A stretch of DNA of 64,000 bases from a virus. Shown here in pieces: positions 30,734 through 40,544 of this stretch. Where the stretch lies: IMG/VR virus record IMGVR_UViG_3300020159_001521, positions 1 through 64,000 of that record; one strand, given 5' to 3'. The translations under genes were made by a program, and so were the position numbers. The notes below the pieces were generated by a model. It searched no databases and was not told where the DNA came from. It saw nothing but the letters and a program-made list of their open reading frames with translations. The first letter of the stretch is position 1. The number at the start of each line of letters is the position of its first letter.

Positions 30734-30759
30734 TTTGTGTTATCTTTTAAATTTATAAA

Positions 30760-31983
30760 TTATTGAAACCAAGACGTGGGTGAAGATGATTTACTAGACT
30801 TCACTGCTGATTTAGAGCTTTGTCTAGCCACCTCTGTAAAGAGATCATCTGATTTTTTAGTGATTCCCCTTTTCTGTATGGTTGACAGACTAGGATCGGT
30901 TTCAAGAATTTTCATGAGTAGACCAAGTTTCACTTTAAGTGCATGGTTCTCAGGTCTTTTCAATTCCAAAATTTGTCTATCAAACTCTGTCAGTTTTTCT
31001 CCTGAAGAAGTTTGATATTTGTCAACCAAAAGGAAATCTTGTAGTTCGTTAGCCAATTTTGGATTGAGGGGAATACCGTCAAACTCTTTAGCTTTAAGTT
31101 TATCCTGTAGAACAGTTTGTACATTCTGAACATACTGTTGCTTGAAGGCTTGTTGTTTTTGGAGGTCTGCTTGTCTTTGTTCCTCCATCTGAGCTAGCTT
31201 AGCTGATTCTTTCTTAACTAACACCTTGTGGTGTTTTGTAGCAACTGTTTCCAGATCACCGTAGTTTTTCAGTCTTTCAACTTCTGTATCGATGTCTTCT
31301 TGTTCAAATCCTTGATCTGCAAGAGCTTGTTTAATAACAGACACTTGATTGTTTTCTTGGGAAAGATCTAGTTCAGAAAAACTTTGTATATTATTATATG
31401 TGCCGAAATAATCTTTTGGATCTACACCTTTTACAAAAATTGCATCAAATGCTTTTTGGTAGTCTTCTCCAAACTGTCCTATAAAGTTTTGTACTATATC
31501 AATAGCACCCTTTTTCTTTTCTAGGTTGAACCTTTCTAGGAATTCTTCAGGAGTTGAAATTGCTACATCTTCTTCATCTTCATCCTTATTAAACACTCCA
31601 AGTTTGAATAAGTCATTTGAGAGAGCAGCAAATTGACTAGGAGCTTCTTCCTCGTCATCTTCTGTATTTTCTACAGGAGCAGCTTTCTTTGGAGCAGCAG
31701 GTGCTTCTTCTTCCTCGTCATTATCTTCATCACCACCAAGAAGAAAATCTTGGATTGATTTTGAAGGATCTTCTTTTTCCTCAGGAGCAGTTTCAGGAGC
31801 AGACGTTGCTGCTTTTTTTGCAGGAGCAGGTTCGTCTTTAATAACTGTAACATCCTCTGGAGAAGATGCTGCTGTTTCTGGAGCCATCAGATCACTAAGA
31901 AGTTCCTGACTACCCATGCCCATTTCCATAGTATTTTCAATACTGAAGTTCCCAAATTGGGAAAGTTCTTGATTATCAGCCAT
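30760..31983 (-). CDS. Scaffold-like acidic protein
   Basis: Very acidic N-half, coiled-coil C-half; lies between portal and MCP. Confidence 0.65.
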   Translation of the reverse strand: MADNQELSQFGNFSIENTMEMGMGSQELLSDLMAPETAASSPEDVTVIKDEPAPAKKAATSAPETAPEEKEDPSKSIQDFLLGGDEDNDEEEEAPAAPKKAAPVENTEDDEEEAPSQFAALSNDLFKLGVFNKDEDEEDVAISTPEEFLERFNLEKKKGAIDIVQNFIGQFGEDYQKAFDAIFVKGVDPKDYFGTYNNIQSFSELDLSQENNQVSVIKQALADQGFEQEDIDTEVERLKNYGDLETVATKHHKVLVKKESAKLAQMEEQRQADLQKQQAFKQQYVQNVQTVLQDKLKAKEFDGIPLNPKLANELQDFLLVDKYQTSSGEKLTEFDRQILELKRPENHALKVKLGLLMKILETDPSLSTIQKRGITKKSDDLFTEVARQSSKSAVKSSKSSSPTSWFQ

Positions 31984-32014
31984 ATGTAGTTTGTTTATAC
32001 TTGGTTTATGCGTG

Positions 32015-32045
32015 TAAAAATATATTAAGACTAGCTAATTGCAAA
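32015..32045 (-). promoter_or_regulatory. Bacteroidota sigma-A promoter (capsid operon)
   Basis: TTTG-N19-TATTTTTA. Confidence 0.55.
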
Positions 32046-32123
32046 GAGATGGAATATGTATAAAATGAATTTTGCCGATAATATAGCATTATTATTTTTT
32101 ACTCTAACCAAAATTGTTTTAAT

Positions 32124-34715
32124 TTATTTGCTTTTCTTGGTATTTCTTCCCTTTGCATTCTCTTTCGCAATAGCTAAATCGTTTGCTTGATTTTCTCTTG
32201 CAAGTTGAATCTTTTCTTTCTCCAGCTGAAGTTTCTCAGAAGCAAGTCTGTTTTTGTTTTGTATATCAGACATCTTCATTTGATAATCTCTTGCTGCATT
32301 TGCCTCTTCACTAGCAAACCTACTTGCTTCCAGTACATCAGGAACAGCGTTAGCATTAGCATCTTCGCTCTCTACATTGCCAAATCCTGTTGCCTGTATG
32401 ATGGCAATTTCCTTCTTATTAATCCTATCAAGCTCTTTCTGGTAGTTTTCGTTAGCAAGCTTCTGCTCATTAGCCACTTGCTGTTGTTCCATTTGAGCTT
32501 GTGCAATCTGCTGCTGTTGCTCCATTTGTTGCTGTTGCATTTGCATTTGCTGATCCTGGAGCTGTTCTTGCCTTTCTTTCAGTGTCTTGAACACTTTCTT
32601 CATCTGCCTAATTGAGTTGGTAGAATACAGCTCAATTACATCGTGGAGAGATCCACCGTTCTGCAGAACAGCTTGAGACAATCCTCTAATCTCCCTGAAC
32701 ATCTCTCTATCCTCAGGTCTGTTAGTTGCATACACCTTCAAATCACGGAATTTCAAATCTGTACCATTCACTTGTACGAAAGCAGATTCTCCTTCTGATG
32801 TAATGTATGACAGGGTGGATTGTGGCTTCTTGCTCTCTACGTACAGAGAGGCGTCTATAATTGCTTGATACAGTTGACCCAATACATATTCATGTGCTAC
32901 AAACAGAGGCTCTGTTTGAGCATAAGATTGCTGAATAGCAGCATTGGTGCCTGTTGCAGACTCACTTGCTGATACAGAACCAAGTCTTTGTCTTGACATA
33001 CCAATTAGTTCCCAGCACTCATTCTTAAGTTGCATAGCAAGCTGATACCTAGATTGTATCTCCTGCGTGCGTGTGAGGTCAATATCTCTAAACTGATTGA
33101 AACTAGACGGACTCTTCAGGTTTTCTGGGCTATCGTCAATGAACACTACACCACGATTACGTGCTTCCATTTCCCATACATCAAGAGCATCCTGTGCGTC
33201 TCCATCCTTTGGAACAGGTACGTGCCTGATGGATGTCAAATAAACCTTACCCACTTCTTTTTCAAGGAGCTTGTAAAGCTGGTTCATACAAACATTGTAC
33301 AACACCTGGAAAGGTTTCATCAAATCAACAAGACTCTTTGCCTCAGTGTTCTTTATTTCGTGTGTGATTCCAATTATAGGACAGTAGTTGAGAAGCTTGA
33401 ATGGTTTGATGTGATAGATGTCTGGACCAATCTTAGTTCCTTGATACCACTGATTAACCCATCCCCATTCTAAAGATTGCTGTGTAGGAATAGTGCCACT
33501 CTTGTAGTTTTCATCTACAAGGATGGATTGCTCATTACCAAGCTCATCTACATAAATCAATTTACCAATCTTCCTCTTACTCATCCAATAGCACCTAACC
33601 ACTACATACTTATATCCAAAAGAAGACACATTAGATGTCAATCCAAGGAAATCCTTCAATCCATCGTTGTTCTCCTTCATCTCTGATTCAATAATCATAC
33701 GAGTTTGAAGAACAGCTGGGTCATAAGTGTCATATGTAACAGAATCAATACCAGGAGACACACTTGGATTACCAAGGTTTGACTCACGAACATTAATCAA
33801 TCCATAGTCTTGGAGAGAACTTCTGAGGTGATCTATTTCCTCCTTAGTTAAGTCTGGAATAGATTCTATTATCTCAGAAAGCTCCATCACCTGCACTGTT
33901 CCAGCAGCATAAGCACCCTGTGCTCTACCTGTAGGATCAGAAATATATTTCCTATCTGGCGTAGTGAGGAACCAAGTGTTCTTGGGGTTAGCCACCTCTA
34001 TATTATATCCAGTTTTGGAATTGTCTTCATAAATGTGGTAGAACTCCCTTGCAGAAATCAACATATCTCTAAAGGCATCTTCTGATTTCTCCTTTAGAAC
34101 AAACTCAGCCTTTTGAGCTGTAAGTACATGGTTTGCCCACTTCTCAGCTACAGATGTGTAGGAATCAAGTTCATCCTTCACCTCATCCATAGTCATCTGA
34201 TTCAATTGCTCTTCGTCAATCTCCTCCTCACCACTCATTTGCAACTTCTCAGCAATCTTCTGCTTTGCTTGGGATATAACGTAGTTTTGGAGAATCTCTG
34301 TCTTATATTGGAGCTCTTCTGCCTGACTATCGTCATCAAATGCTTTTATCCTGTAGGCATCTGGTCTTTTAGATATCTCACCAACAAGCTCATTAATTGG
34401 TGTAGTTATAATGGAATAATGCTTAACATAGGCAGGAAGCTGTAAATCTGTTGTGAGCATTTCTGTAAAACTCTTCACTTGAGGCTCTTGATAGAAGTCT
34501 TCCATCCTCAAAATACCCTTAACAAGATCATAGTTCTTTACAAATGTGTCTCTATTTTTTACATACTCAGCATACGCCTTGTTAGCAAAATAGTCCATTG
34601 TGTTCTTTATCCAGCTCTCATCTTGCTTTTCTTTCTCAGTTTTGAACTGGTCAGGAAATATATTAAGATAGGCATACCTAATCGTTGCATCCTTTGTATA
34701 TCTAATTATTGCCAT
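32124..34715 (-). CDS. Portal protein
   Basis: 863 aa after TerL; HYSIITTPINELVGE, SLVDLMKPFQVLYN, GMSRQRLG, Q-rich C-terminal coiled coil. Confidence 0.88.
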   Translation of the reverse strand: MAIIRYTKDATIRYAYLNIFPDQFKTEKEKQDESWIKNTMDYFANKAYAEYVKNRDTFVKNYDLVKGILRMEDFYQEPQVKSFTEMLTTDLQLPAYVKHYSIITTPINELVGEISKRPDAYRIKAFDDDSQAEELQYKTEILQNYVISQAKQKIAEKLQMSGEEEIDEEQLNQMTMDEVKDELDSYTSVAEKWANHVLTAQKAEFVLKEKSEDAFRDMLISAREFYHIYEDNSKTGYNIEVANPKNTWFLTTPDRKYISDPTGRAQGAYAAGTVQVMELSEIIESIPDLTKEEIDHLRSSLQDYGLINVRESNLGNPSVSPGIDSVTYDTYDPAVLQTRMIIESEMKENNDGLKDFLGLTSNVSSFGYKYVVVRCYWMSKRKIGKLIYVDELGNEQSILVDENYKSGTIPTQQSLEWGWVNQWYQGTKIGPDIYHIKPFKLLNYCPIIGITHEIKNTEAKSLVDLMKPFQVLYNVCMNQLYKLLEKEVGKVYLTSIRHVPVPKDGDAQDALDVWEMEARNRGVVFIDDSPENLKSPSSFNQFRDIDLTRTQEIQSRYQLAMQLKNECWELIGMSRQRLGSVSASESATGTNAAIQQSYAQTEPLFVAHEYVLGQLYQAIIDASLYVESKKPQSTLSYITSEGESAFVQVNGTDLKFRDLKVYATNRPEDREMFREIRGLSQAVLQNGGSLHDVIELYSTNSIRQMKKVFKTLKERQEQLQDQQMQMQQQQMEQQQQIAQAQMEQQQVANEQKLANENYQKELDRINKKEIAIIQATGFGNVESEDANANAVPDVLEASRFASEEANAARDYQMKMSDIQNKNRLASEKLQLEKEKIQLARENQANDLAIAKENAKGRNTKKSK

Positions 34716-36742
34716 TATGTAAAAAGTTTACGTTTTTTAGTTCCAAATAATCCTACAGAAGACTCGCTGAACAGACTTCCTTTAGATTTGTTCTTTGCAA
34801 ATAATGCTGCCACTCTCTCATCTCCTGTTCCACCAATCTTACCCATAATAGGATCCATCTTCACAGCTTGGGCTATTGCTAGCTCTGCTGCTACAATACG
34901 GTCAAAGTTACCCTGATCGTTGTATTGTATAATTTCTTCTAGAAGAACTGGGTCAAATATCTTACTTACACCTGTCACTTCTCTAATTAGATTTCCTGCT
35001 TCATCTTTCTCTATGAAAATCACTTCCTCCAGATACTTCTTGATACAGTTGTGAAGGTAGTCAATTATTTTCTGTGAGCTCCTGTGTATACCATATTCAC
35101 GTTTTACAGTGGTGTTAGGTACAATTTCCTGCAACCATTGAGGTTGTTTCTCCAAATAATGTCCATCTCCCTTAGCTTTCATGTATTCTATAAAAGAAAT
35201 ATCATCATTCTCACAGAGAGTTCTGGCATTGTAGTATTTAATAAGAAGCCTGGCTTGTTCTTCCCAATGTTCCTTCTTATCAGGACGAGCTACGTAGGAT
35301 GCAACAAACATATCCTGGTACTTTTCACCAGTGAGGTCGTGCATCCTTTTATATACATAAACAGCTCCTAGAGACGAACTATATGCTGACTGACCTTGCC
35401 TGTAAGGGTCAACACCAGCAACATATAGCCCATAAGGAGGGTTGTTCACGGGAAATTCGTATATTATTACAGGAGCATCCTTTGAATCTGAGTTCTTCAG
35501 AGGGAAGTTTGTAATTGGTAACTTGTCTGTGAAGTCGTGTCCAATTTTCTCTCCATCAGAAAACAGAATAATGGGTGTTCCTGTTCTTTCTTGGTTTGTA
35601 AGTCTGGTTTTCTGTCTCTTTGCTGCCTCTATATCAAATATGTTCGTATCCTCATTAAGGAAAATGTCATCCACCTCTAATGGATAGTACATCTTCTCCT
35701 TCAGATAGGCAATCCTGTCTCCTGCTTTCTTTAAACGTTCTAGATTAGACGTTGTTATTTCAGCTGCCTTTTCCTCATTGCTGACCAGCATAGATACGTT
35801 GTGTAACTCGCTATCAGCAGGTTGGTTAAGATGTTTACCAAGCGTAGATTGTTCCTTAGCCTCCATCCTATATTTGTAGGAAATAAATAGCCCATGTATC
35901 CTGCTTGTATCTTTTTCATTATTATACGTGAGAAAGTTAAAGTTGTCCACATCGAACATTAAGCTCTTTGCGTCCATGAATCTCTTCATGTCACCACCTG
36001 TTCCTGTTAGAATGGGAGAACATCCCCAACCAAACGGTGTAGTAAAACCAGGTACAGCCGCTTGGAAACCCCTAAGAAAAGATCCTTTACCAATCTCATC
36101 TATAATTAATTTACGTGGTTTTGTACCAGCAATAGCTTCCTCATTATTACCCTCATCCAAGTTCCTTATGAGAATCTGAGAGAAGGGAATCCTCTCTCCT
36201 GATTTTGTTTTAATACCTAATGTCACCTGATTCTTCCAATTGTCCTCAATTCTCTGCCATCTCCATGCCTCTGGAAGGAAGTTCAGTCCTTTATCAATCT
36301 TATCTGTAATCAGCTTAATATCTGGAGCATTCAATCCAGCAATAATGTTCTGTGAATTCTCATCAAATGTAGCTCCCCATGCAATATAACTAGCCTCAAG
36401 AACAGACTTAGCAAAACGTCTGATTCCTAGAATAACCAGCCCTTTCTTCTCCTGTTGAGCTCTATCTATCTCATTTGTTACAACCCACTCGTTATCACGT
36501 AGAAGGGGATTGGAATATTGTTGGGATATTCTACCTCTGTCATCAATAACATCCACCTCCGTATGCCATATGTTCAAATGCCAATACAGAAAGGGGTTGA
36601 TGTACACCCCTCCCATCATTGCTCCGTTCAAACACAATTCCTTATGAAAGTTGAAGAACTCTTTATATTCTGCACTCTCTCTATCAGGAATTCTCTTTTG
36701 ATTTATGAACCAATCCTTATAATCTATCGACTGTAAACTCAT
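34715..36742 (-). CDS. terL: Terminase large subunit
   Basis: Walker A-like IRRFAKS, Walker B IIDEIGK, TGTGG, nuclease AGVDPY and NFDRIVA. Confidence 0.92.
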   Translation of the reverse strand: MSLQSIDYKDWFINQKRIPDRESAEYKEFFNFHKELCLNGAMMGGVYINPFLYWHLNIWHTEVDVIDDRGRISQQYSNPLLRDNEWVVTNEIDRAQQEKKGLVILGIRRFAKSVLEASYIAWGATFDENSQNIIAGLNAPDIKLITDKIDKGLNFLPEAWRWQRIEDNWKNQVTLGIKTKSGERIPFSQILIRNLDEGNNEEAIAGTKPRKLIIDEIGKGSFLRGFQAAVPGFTTPFGWGCSPILTGTGGDMKRFMDAKSLMFDVDNFNFLTYNNEKDTSRIHGLFISYKYRMEAKEQSTLGKHLNQPADSELHNVSMLVSNEEKAAEITTSNLERLKKAGDRIAYLKEKMYYPLEVDDIFLNEDTNIFDIEAAKRQKTRLTNQERTGTPIILFSDGEKIGHDFTDKLPITNFPLKNSDSKDAPVIIYEFPVNNPPYGLYVAGVDPYRQGQSAYSSSLGAVYVYKRMHDLTGEKYQDMFVASYVARPDKKEHWEEQARLLIKYYNARTLCENDDISFIEYMKAKGDGHYLEKQPQWLQEIVPNTTVKREYGIHRSSQKIIDYLHNCIKKYLEEVIFIEKDEAGNLIREVTGVSKIFDPVLLEEIIQYNDQGNFDRIVAAELAIAQAVKMDPIMGKIGGTGDERVAALFAKNKSKGSLFSESSVGLFGTKKRKLFT

Positions 36743-37074
36743 TTCCTATTCTTCAGAAAATCCTCAGCCATAGAGCTGAGCTCTCCCTTTCCTCTCACCT
36801 CCACCTTAGCTTCTTCAATCTTTCTAAGCTTATCCACCACCTCAAGAAGAGCCAAATAGTTCTTCATTGTCTCCTGAATAAACTTACCCTGTGCCTCAAT
36901 AGAAGCAATCACCATAGGGAGCATTCCCCCTTTAGCTGTAGGTTTCCATTCAATCCTATCCTTCAACTCATGAAGGGGATTGGCATCCACATAAGCTTTC
37001 CAGGAAGTGAGCTGTTGTTCAGCCCAATCCAGTTCTGCATTAATATATGTAGTTTTCTTAATAGCTGTCGCCAT
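36739..37074 (-). CDS. Hypothetical protein, candidate terminase small subunit
   Basis: Overlaps the TerL start; helical; C-terminal EVRG. Confidence 0.45.
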   Translation of the reverse strand: MATAIKKTTYINAELDWAEQQLTSWKAYVDANPLHELKDRIEWKPTAKGGMLPMVIASIEAQGKFIQETMKNYLALLEVVDKLRKIEEAKVEVRGKGELSSMAEDFLKNRK

Positions 37075-37342
37075 AATCTTCTTCTTTAAATAAACTGTCT
37101 AAATTCATCCCTCCCTCTATAATCTTGTCAATATCTGTTTCCTCATGAGGAAAATCTAGGGCTAATTGACTCTTATATTTAGAAAGAGCAAAAAGCAGCT
37201 CTTTGTCACTCACTCCCCATACATCACCATAACCATCCAGCGCTGTGGCTAAATGTCTACCCATATTATAATTAGGATAGAGCTTATGTAATTCCTGAAG
37301 AGCATGAACCACTTGCACGTAATAATTTGGTTTCTTGCTCAT
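37058..37342 (-). CDS. Hypothetical protein
   Basis: Tightly packed ORF in the operon. Confidence 0.6.
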   Translation of the reverse strand: MSKKPNYYVQVVHALQELHKLYPNYNMGRHLATALDGYGDVWGVSDKELLFALSKYKSQLALDFPHEETDIDKIIEGGMNLDSLFKEEDYGDSY

Positions 37343-37347
37343 CTTTC

Positions 37348-37530
37348 CTATTTTGTTATAATTCCTGCTGAAGAAGCTGAGAGCTTTGTCAAACTAGGAC
37401 TAACAACATCTTCTAACAATCTTTTAATCTGTTCATTTGCCTCCTTCTGAACATCCTCAGAAATTCCTGGCGTTGCACATAAAGCTCCAAGCTTCTCAAT
37501 AACTACCCATGCTTCAAACACTGGATTCAT
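37348..37530 (-). CDS. Hypothetical protein
   Basis: Coupled ORF (ATGA overlap). Confidence 0.55.
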   Translation of the reverse strand: MNPVFEAWVVIEKLGALCATPGISEDVQKEANEQIKRLLEDVVSPSLTKLSASSAGIITK

Positions 37531-37802
37531 AATAATTGGTTTAAATCGTCATCAGACAAATTAATATTTATCTCTGTATCTGTCTTTGTAATCTTTGTTG
37601 TAGGAATCATGTCAAAGTTCTCCTGGAACTCCTCATCCATATATTCCTTGGAAAAGCTAATCATTATCCCATCCTGCGTGTCATCAAGCATTCCTACAAT
37701 GTCCACATAATTAACCCCCTTGTCATACAAATCTGCAAGAATGTCAATGAACGATTCCAAAGGAACCTTCCTAATCCTCATTTCTTTATTTTCTCCTTCC
37801 AT
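37527..37802 (-). CDS. Acidic hypothetical protein
   Basis: Packed ORF. Confidence 0.6.
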   Translation of the reverse strand: MEGENKEMRIRKVPLESFIDILADLYDKGVNYVDIVGMLDDTQDGIMISFSKEYMDEEFQENFDMIPTTKITKTDTEININLSDDDLNQLL

Positions 37803-38100
37803 CTATTTTCTTTTTTATAGATTCTTCTTCATCCTGAGAAACTATTTCCTTCCAAAATCCTATAGGGCAACTACAAGAAAGACACCTCGTTTTGGCAGAC
37901 AGCGTACATCCACAATTCGTACAATGTACATCTGGACGTAAAGCTGACAATCCCCTTTTCCTAACATTCTCTGAATAATGCTCACATTTAGCACACACAT
38001 CCAACCTCTCCCTACTAACATCCTCTATAGCCTGTTTCATGTCCTTAGGAGGAACCAATTGATTTCTCCATCCTTCATAAATCTGAGAAAAACTAATCAT
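37786..38100 (-). CDS. Cys-rich zinc-binding protein
   Basis: RLDVCAKC...CTNCGC...CLSCSCPIGFW. Confidence 0.7.
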   Translation of the reverse strand: MISFSQIYEGWRNQLVPPKDMKQAIEDVSRERLDVCAKCEHYSENVRKRGLSALRPDVHCTNCGCTLSAKTRCLSCSCPIGFWKEIVSQDEEESIKKKIDGRRK

Positions 38101-38452
38101 CGTTGGTTTTTGATGTTAAATATTCAATATCAGCAATTGTATTCGTCAACATCGTATTGGCTCTCTGCCTCTTTGCTTCTGAAATCGTGCTGTCATTCAG
38201 CGTCCTTTCAACAGCTTCCTTCTTAGCCATCAATTGATCAAGCCTCTTCAAAGCCTTCTTCTTATTAAAATAAAACTTCCCAAACCCACTAAGCTCCACA
38301 CTATTACTATCCTTCATAGCAGCAGAAACACTCTGGAACTGATGATTAATCACAGACTCAATTGTCTTCTCACTCACCATCATCTTCACAGCCATCACCC
38401 TAATCAAATAGTCCTTCATGGACATACTCCTAGGCTTATTATCAATCTCCAT
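38093..38452 (-). CDS. HU/IHF-like DNA-binding protein
   Basis: VSEKTIESVI...SVELSGFGKF. Confidence 0.7.
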   Translation of the reverse strand: MEIDNKPRSMSMKDYLIRVMAVKMMVSEKTIESVINHQFQSVSAAMKDSNSVELSGFGKFYFNKKKALKRLDQLMAKKEAVERTLNDSTISEAKRQRANTMLTNTIADIEYLTSKTNDD

Positions 38453-38804
38453 CGTGTAACAACTTTATTTCCAAAGCCAAATCATTGTCAAAATTAAGAG
38501 CTATAACAGGATTCACCTTTGTCTTACTCCCCTCCTTAACCAACACTCCTATCCTCTTGAGCTTAGATATAATATTATATATCGTAGCTTCAGAGCTAGA
38601 ATGCTTCTTACAAAACTCTTCCCTATTATTAGCATAAGAAATATTCCCCTTAATAGCTGTAAAAGCAACAAGCTGTATTTCCCTCTCTGTCAAATTCAAA
38701 TCATTAACATCAGACAATATCCTATAATACTTCTGAGCTAACAAATAATTGTCAGACAATTGTCGTTTAAGCTTCTGTGAAATAATCCTTCTATTCGTTT
38801 CCAT
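38442..38804 (-). CDS. Winged-HTH protein
   Basis: LTEREIQLV...SEATIYNIISKLKRIGVLVK...VNP. Confidence 0.7.
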   Translation of the reverse strand: METNRRIISQKLKRQLSDNYLLAQKYYRILSDVNDLNLTEREIQLVAFTAIKGNISYANNREEFCKKHSSSEATIYNIISKLKRIGVLVKEGSKTKVNPVIALNFDNDLALEIKLLHDGD

Positions 38805-38817
38805 ATTTAATTATACA

Positions 38818-38848
38818 CAAAGATAGAATGTAAGCATCTATTTGCAAA
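38818..38848 (-). promoter_or_regulatory. Bacteroidota sigma-A promoter (packaging operon)
   Basis: Consensus TTTG-N19-TATCTTTG. Confidence 0.85.
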
Positions 38849-38889
38849 CACCACTATACACAATTTAAAAAACTAATGCCATATTATGC

Positions 38890-39147
38890 TCAAAATTCTT
38901 CTTCATCCATAGGAATTGTTGTCTTCCAAAACACAAACACCACATTAATAAAAAACAACCCTATAACAAACTCATCCTCAACACTTTCATCTTCTAACGT
39001 ATATCTCTGAGAAAATATACCAAACTTAAAATATGGTGTTCTCAACGTATTAAGCTCTATTCCAAATGTCATCTCCATGGAACCAATCCACCCATATATC
39101 AATGACACTAAACACAAAAACACCAATACAACAATAACTATATCCAT
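38890..39147 (-). CDS. Small membrane protein
   Basis: Hydrophobic N-terminus and second hydrophobic segment; TATCTTTA -7 box at 39195-39202. Confidence 0.6.
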   Translation of the reverse strand: MDIVIVVLVFLCLVSLIYGWIGSMEMTFGIELNTLRTPYFKFGIFSQRYTLEDESVEDEFVIGLFFINVVFVFWKTTIPMDEEEF

Positions 39148-39358
39148 AATAAGTAAAATTTAATCATCATCATCTATTCCCACCCCCCACCCTGTAAAGA
39201 TAAGGAGTGTACAAGTAAAAAATAAAACATTTTTCCTACAGAAGTCCAAAATAAAGCTACAATCCTTTCCCAGCCTGTCTAAAAAATTTTTTTCCCAAGG
39301 CCCTTTGTAAGACAATATCCCCCTCCTTTAACCAAAAATCATCAATGCCCCCTACATT

Positions 39359-39400
39359 AAAAAATGTTTTGTGTCTATGAAAAAATGTTTTGTGTCCATG
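39359..39400. repeat. Tandem 21-nt direct repeat at the strand switch
   Basis: AAAAAATGTTTTGTGTC(T/C)ATG twice. Confidence 0.8.
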
Positions 39401-39491
39401 GGGGAGGAGACTACTGCCAATAACAACCCCTCCTATAAATGGGGAAGTCACGGTGACCCCCCACATTATTAAAAATTTAAATCGAAAAACG

Positions 39492-39896
39492 ATGAGCACA
39501 ACAACAACGCAAATCAGCTACAACAAGGCAGTGTTTTCCAACAATGGTGAGTTCACCTATGAGAGTGTTGGACAATTGAAAGAACACGTGAAAGGAATGT
39601 CTATTAAGTTCACCAAGAACAATCTTGCAGGAACGAAGAGAGTAACAATCATTGCTACTCCCAAAAAGGGCGAACCAATCACCTTCTCTTGCACCAAGCC
39701 ATTGAGCGAAGTGGTAAGAAAGGCATTGGAAAACAAAACCCAATTGGAAGTGTTGGGTGCATTGCTTAACTGCGATGTAAAAGTAGACTCCCAAGACAAC
39801 ACCAAGTATTTCATCTTCCAGGCTGAAGGTTCTCAACTTGAAGGATTAATGGTAACTGATAGCGTTATCAGCAATTACGAAGATGTTGCGTTCTAA
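39492..39896 (+). CDS. First rightward (early) gene, hypothetical (134 aa)
   Basis: ATG 39492 (MSTTTTQISYNK) after an A-rich leader; followed by a terminator. Confidence 0.7.
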   Translation: MSTTTTQISYNKAVFSNNGEFTYESVGQLKEHVKGMSIKFTKNNLAGTKRVTIIATPKKGEPITFSCTKPLSEVVRKALENKTQLEVLGALLNCDVKVDSQDNTKYFIFQAEGSQLEGLMVTDSVISNYEDVAF

Positions 39897-39898
39897 TT

Positions 39899-39920
39899 AA
39901 GGGGGCTTTGCCCCCTTTTT
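39899..39920 (+). terminator. Rho-independent terminator
   Basis: AAGGGGGC-TTT-GCCCCCTTTTT. Confidence 0.85.
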
Positions 39921-40040
39921 ATATATAGGGTGGGAAATTAAATAGGGTGGGTGAATGAAGTGATGTATCATCCCTTTCATCTTTTTATTCACCCATTCTT
40001 ACATCACAATTATAAAAAATAAAGGCATACATATAGCATT

Positions 40041-40139
40041 AATTACAACACAACCAGGAAATATGCAGTCTCAATATATTGAGAGTTAGTCCATACCATG
40101 TGGAGTGCAAAAATATCAGGTTTGGTGTGTGTTGTAATT
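40041..40139 (+). ncRNA. Candidate multibranch structured RNA
   Basis: AATTACAACAC/GTGTTGTAATT closing stem enclosing TCTCAAT-AT-ATTGAGA and TCCATA-CCA-TGTGGA hairpins. Confidence 0.45.
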
Positions 40140-40173
40140 TTTATTTATTCATTCATCATTTAAATCAATAGTT

Positions 40174-40335
40174 ATGAAGACATTTATCATTACACTTGTA
40201 GGATGGGACGGTCCTATTAAGTCAGAGTATTGTTATGGATCTAATAGACAAGAGGTTTATTCTATGTATAGGAATGAATATCCTGTTTCTGATTATCCTC
40301 AAATACAATACATTGATGTAGCTGAGGTATTATAA
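40174..40335 (+). CDS. Small hypothetical protein (53 aa)
   Basis: MKTFIITLVGWDGPIKSEYCYG...; followed by terminator AAGAGCC..GGCTCTTTTT. Confidence 0.65.
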   Translation: MKTFIITLVGWDGPIKSEYCYGSNRQEVYSMYRNEYPVSDYPQIQYIDVAEVL

Positions 40336-40544
40336 GAGCCTGTAACAGGGCTCTTTTTAAAATACGTTCTGTTTAATCCACAGATAGTATGTCCTATATG
40401 ATAAGAAATGGTGTGATAGCCATAAGGGACTGTACTGTTACAAGGTAACAGCAGGATGATCACCTGATGATGAACTTCTGAATAATCTATTCCTAACCTA
40501 GCAATAGGGACAGCCATAACACCTGTAAGTTGGATAAATTAGGG

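Noticed and set aside
34715-36742. Intein or intron in terminase (also checked PolB and helicases)
   Set aside because: Normal lengths, contiguous motifs and no intein splice-junction signatures.
850-38497. Many plus-strand ORFs in the left arm (e.g. 29480-30565, 26384-27013, 2129-2665)
   Set aside because: Antisense shadows of long minus-strand genes; no recognisable motifs or start context.
39257-39836. Minus-strand ORFs across the strand-switch region
   Set aside because: They overlap the repeats and the better-supported plus-strand gene at 39492-39896; no coding features.
40460-40490. Hammerhead ribozyme suggested by CTGATGA
   Set aside because: No stem II followed by GAAA and no matching stem III/NUH could be built.
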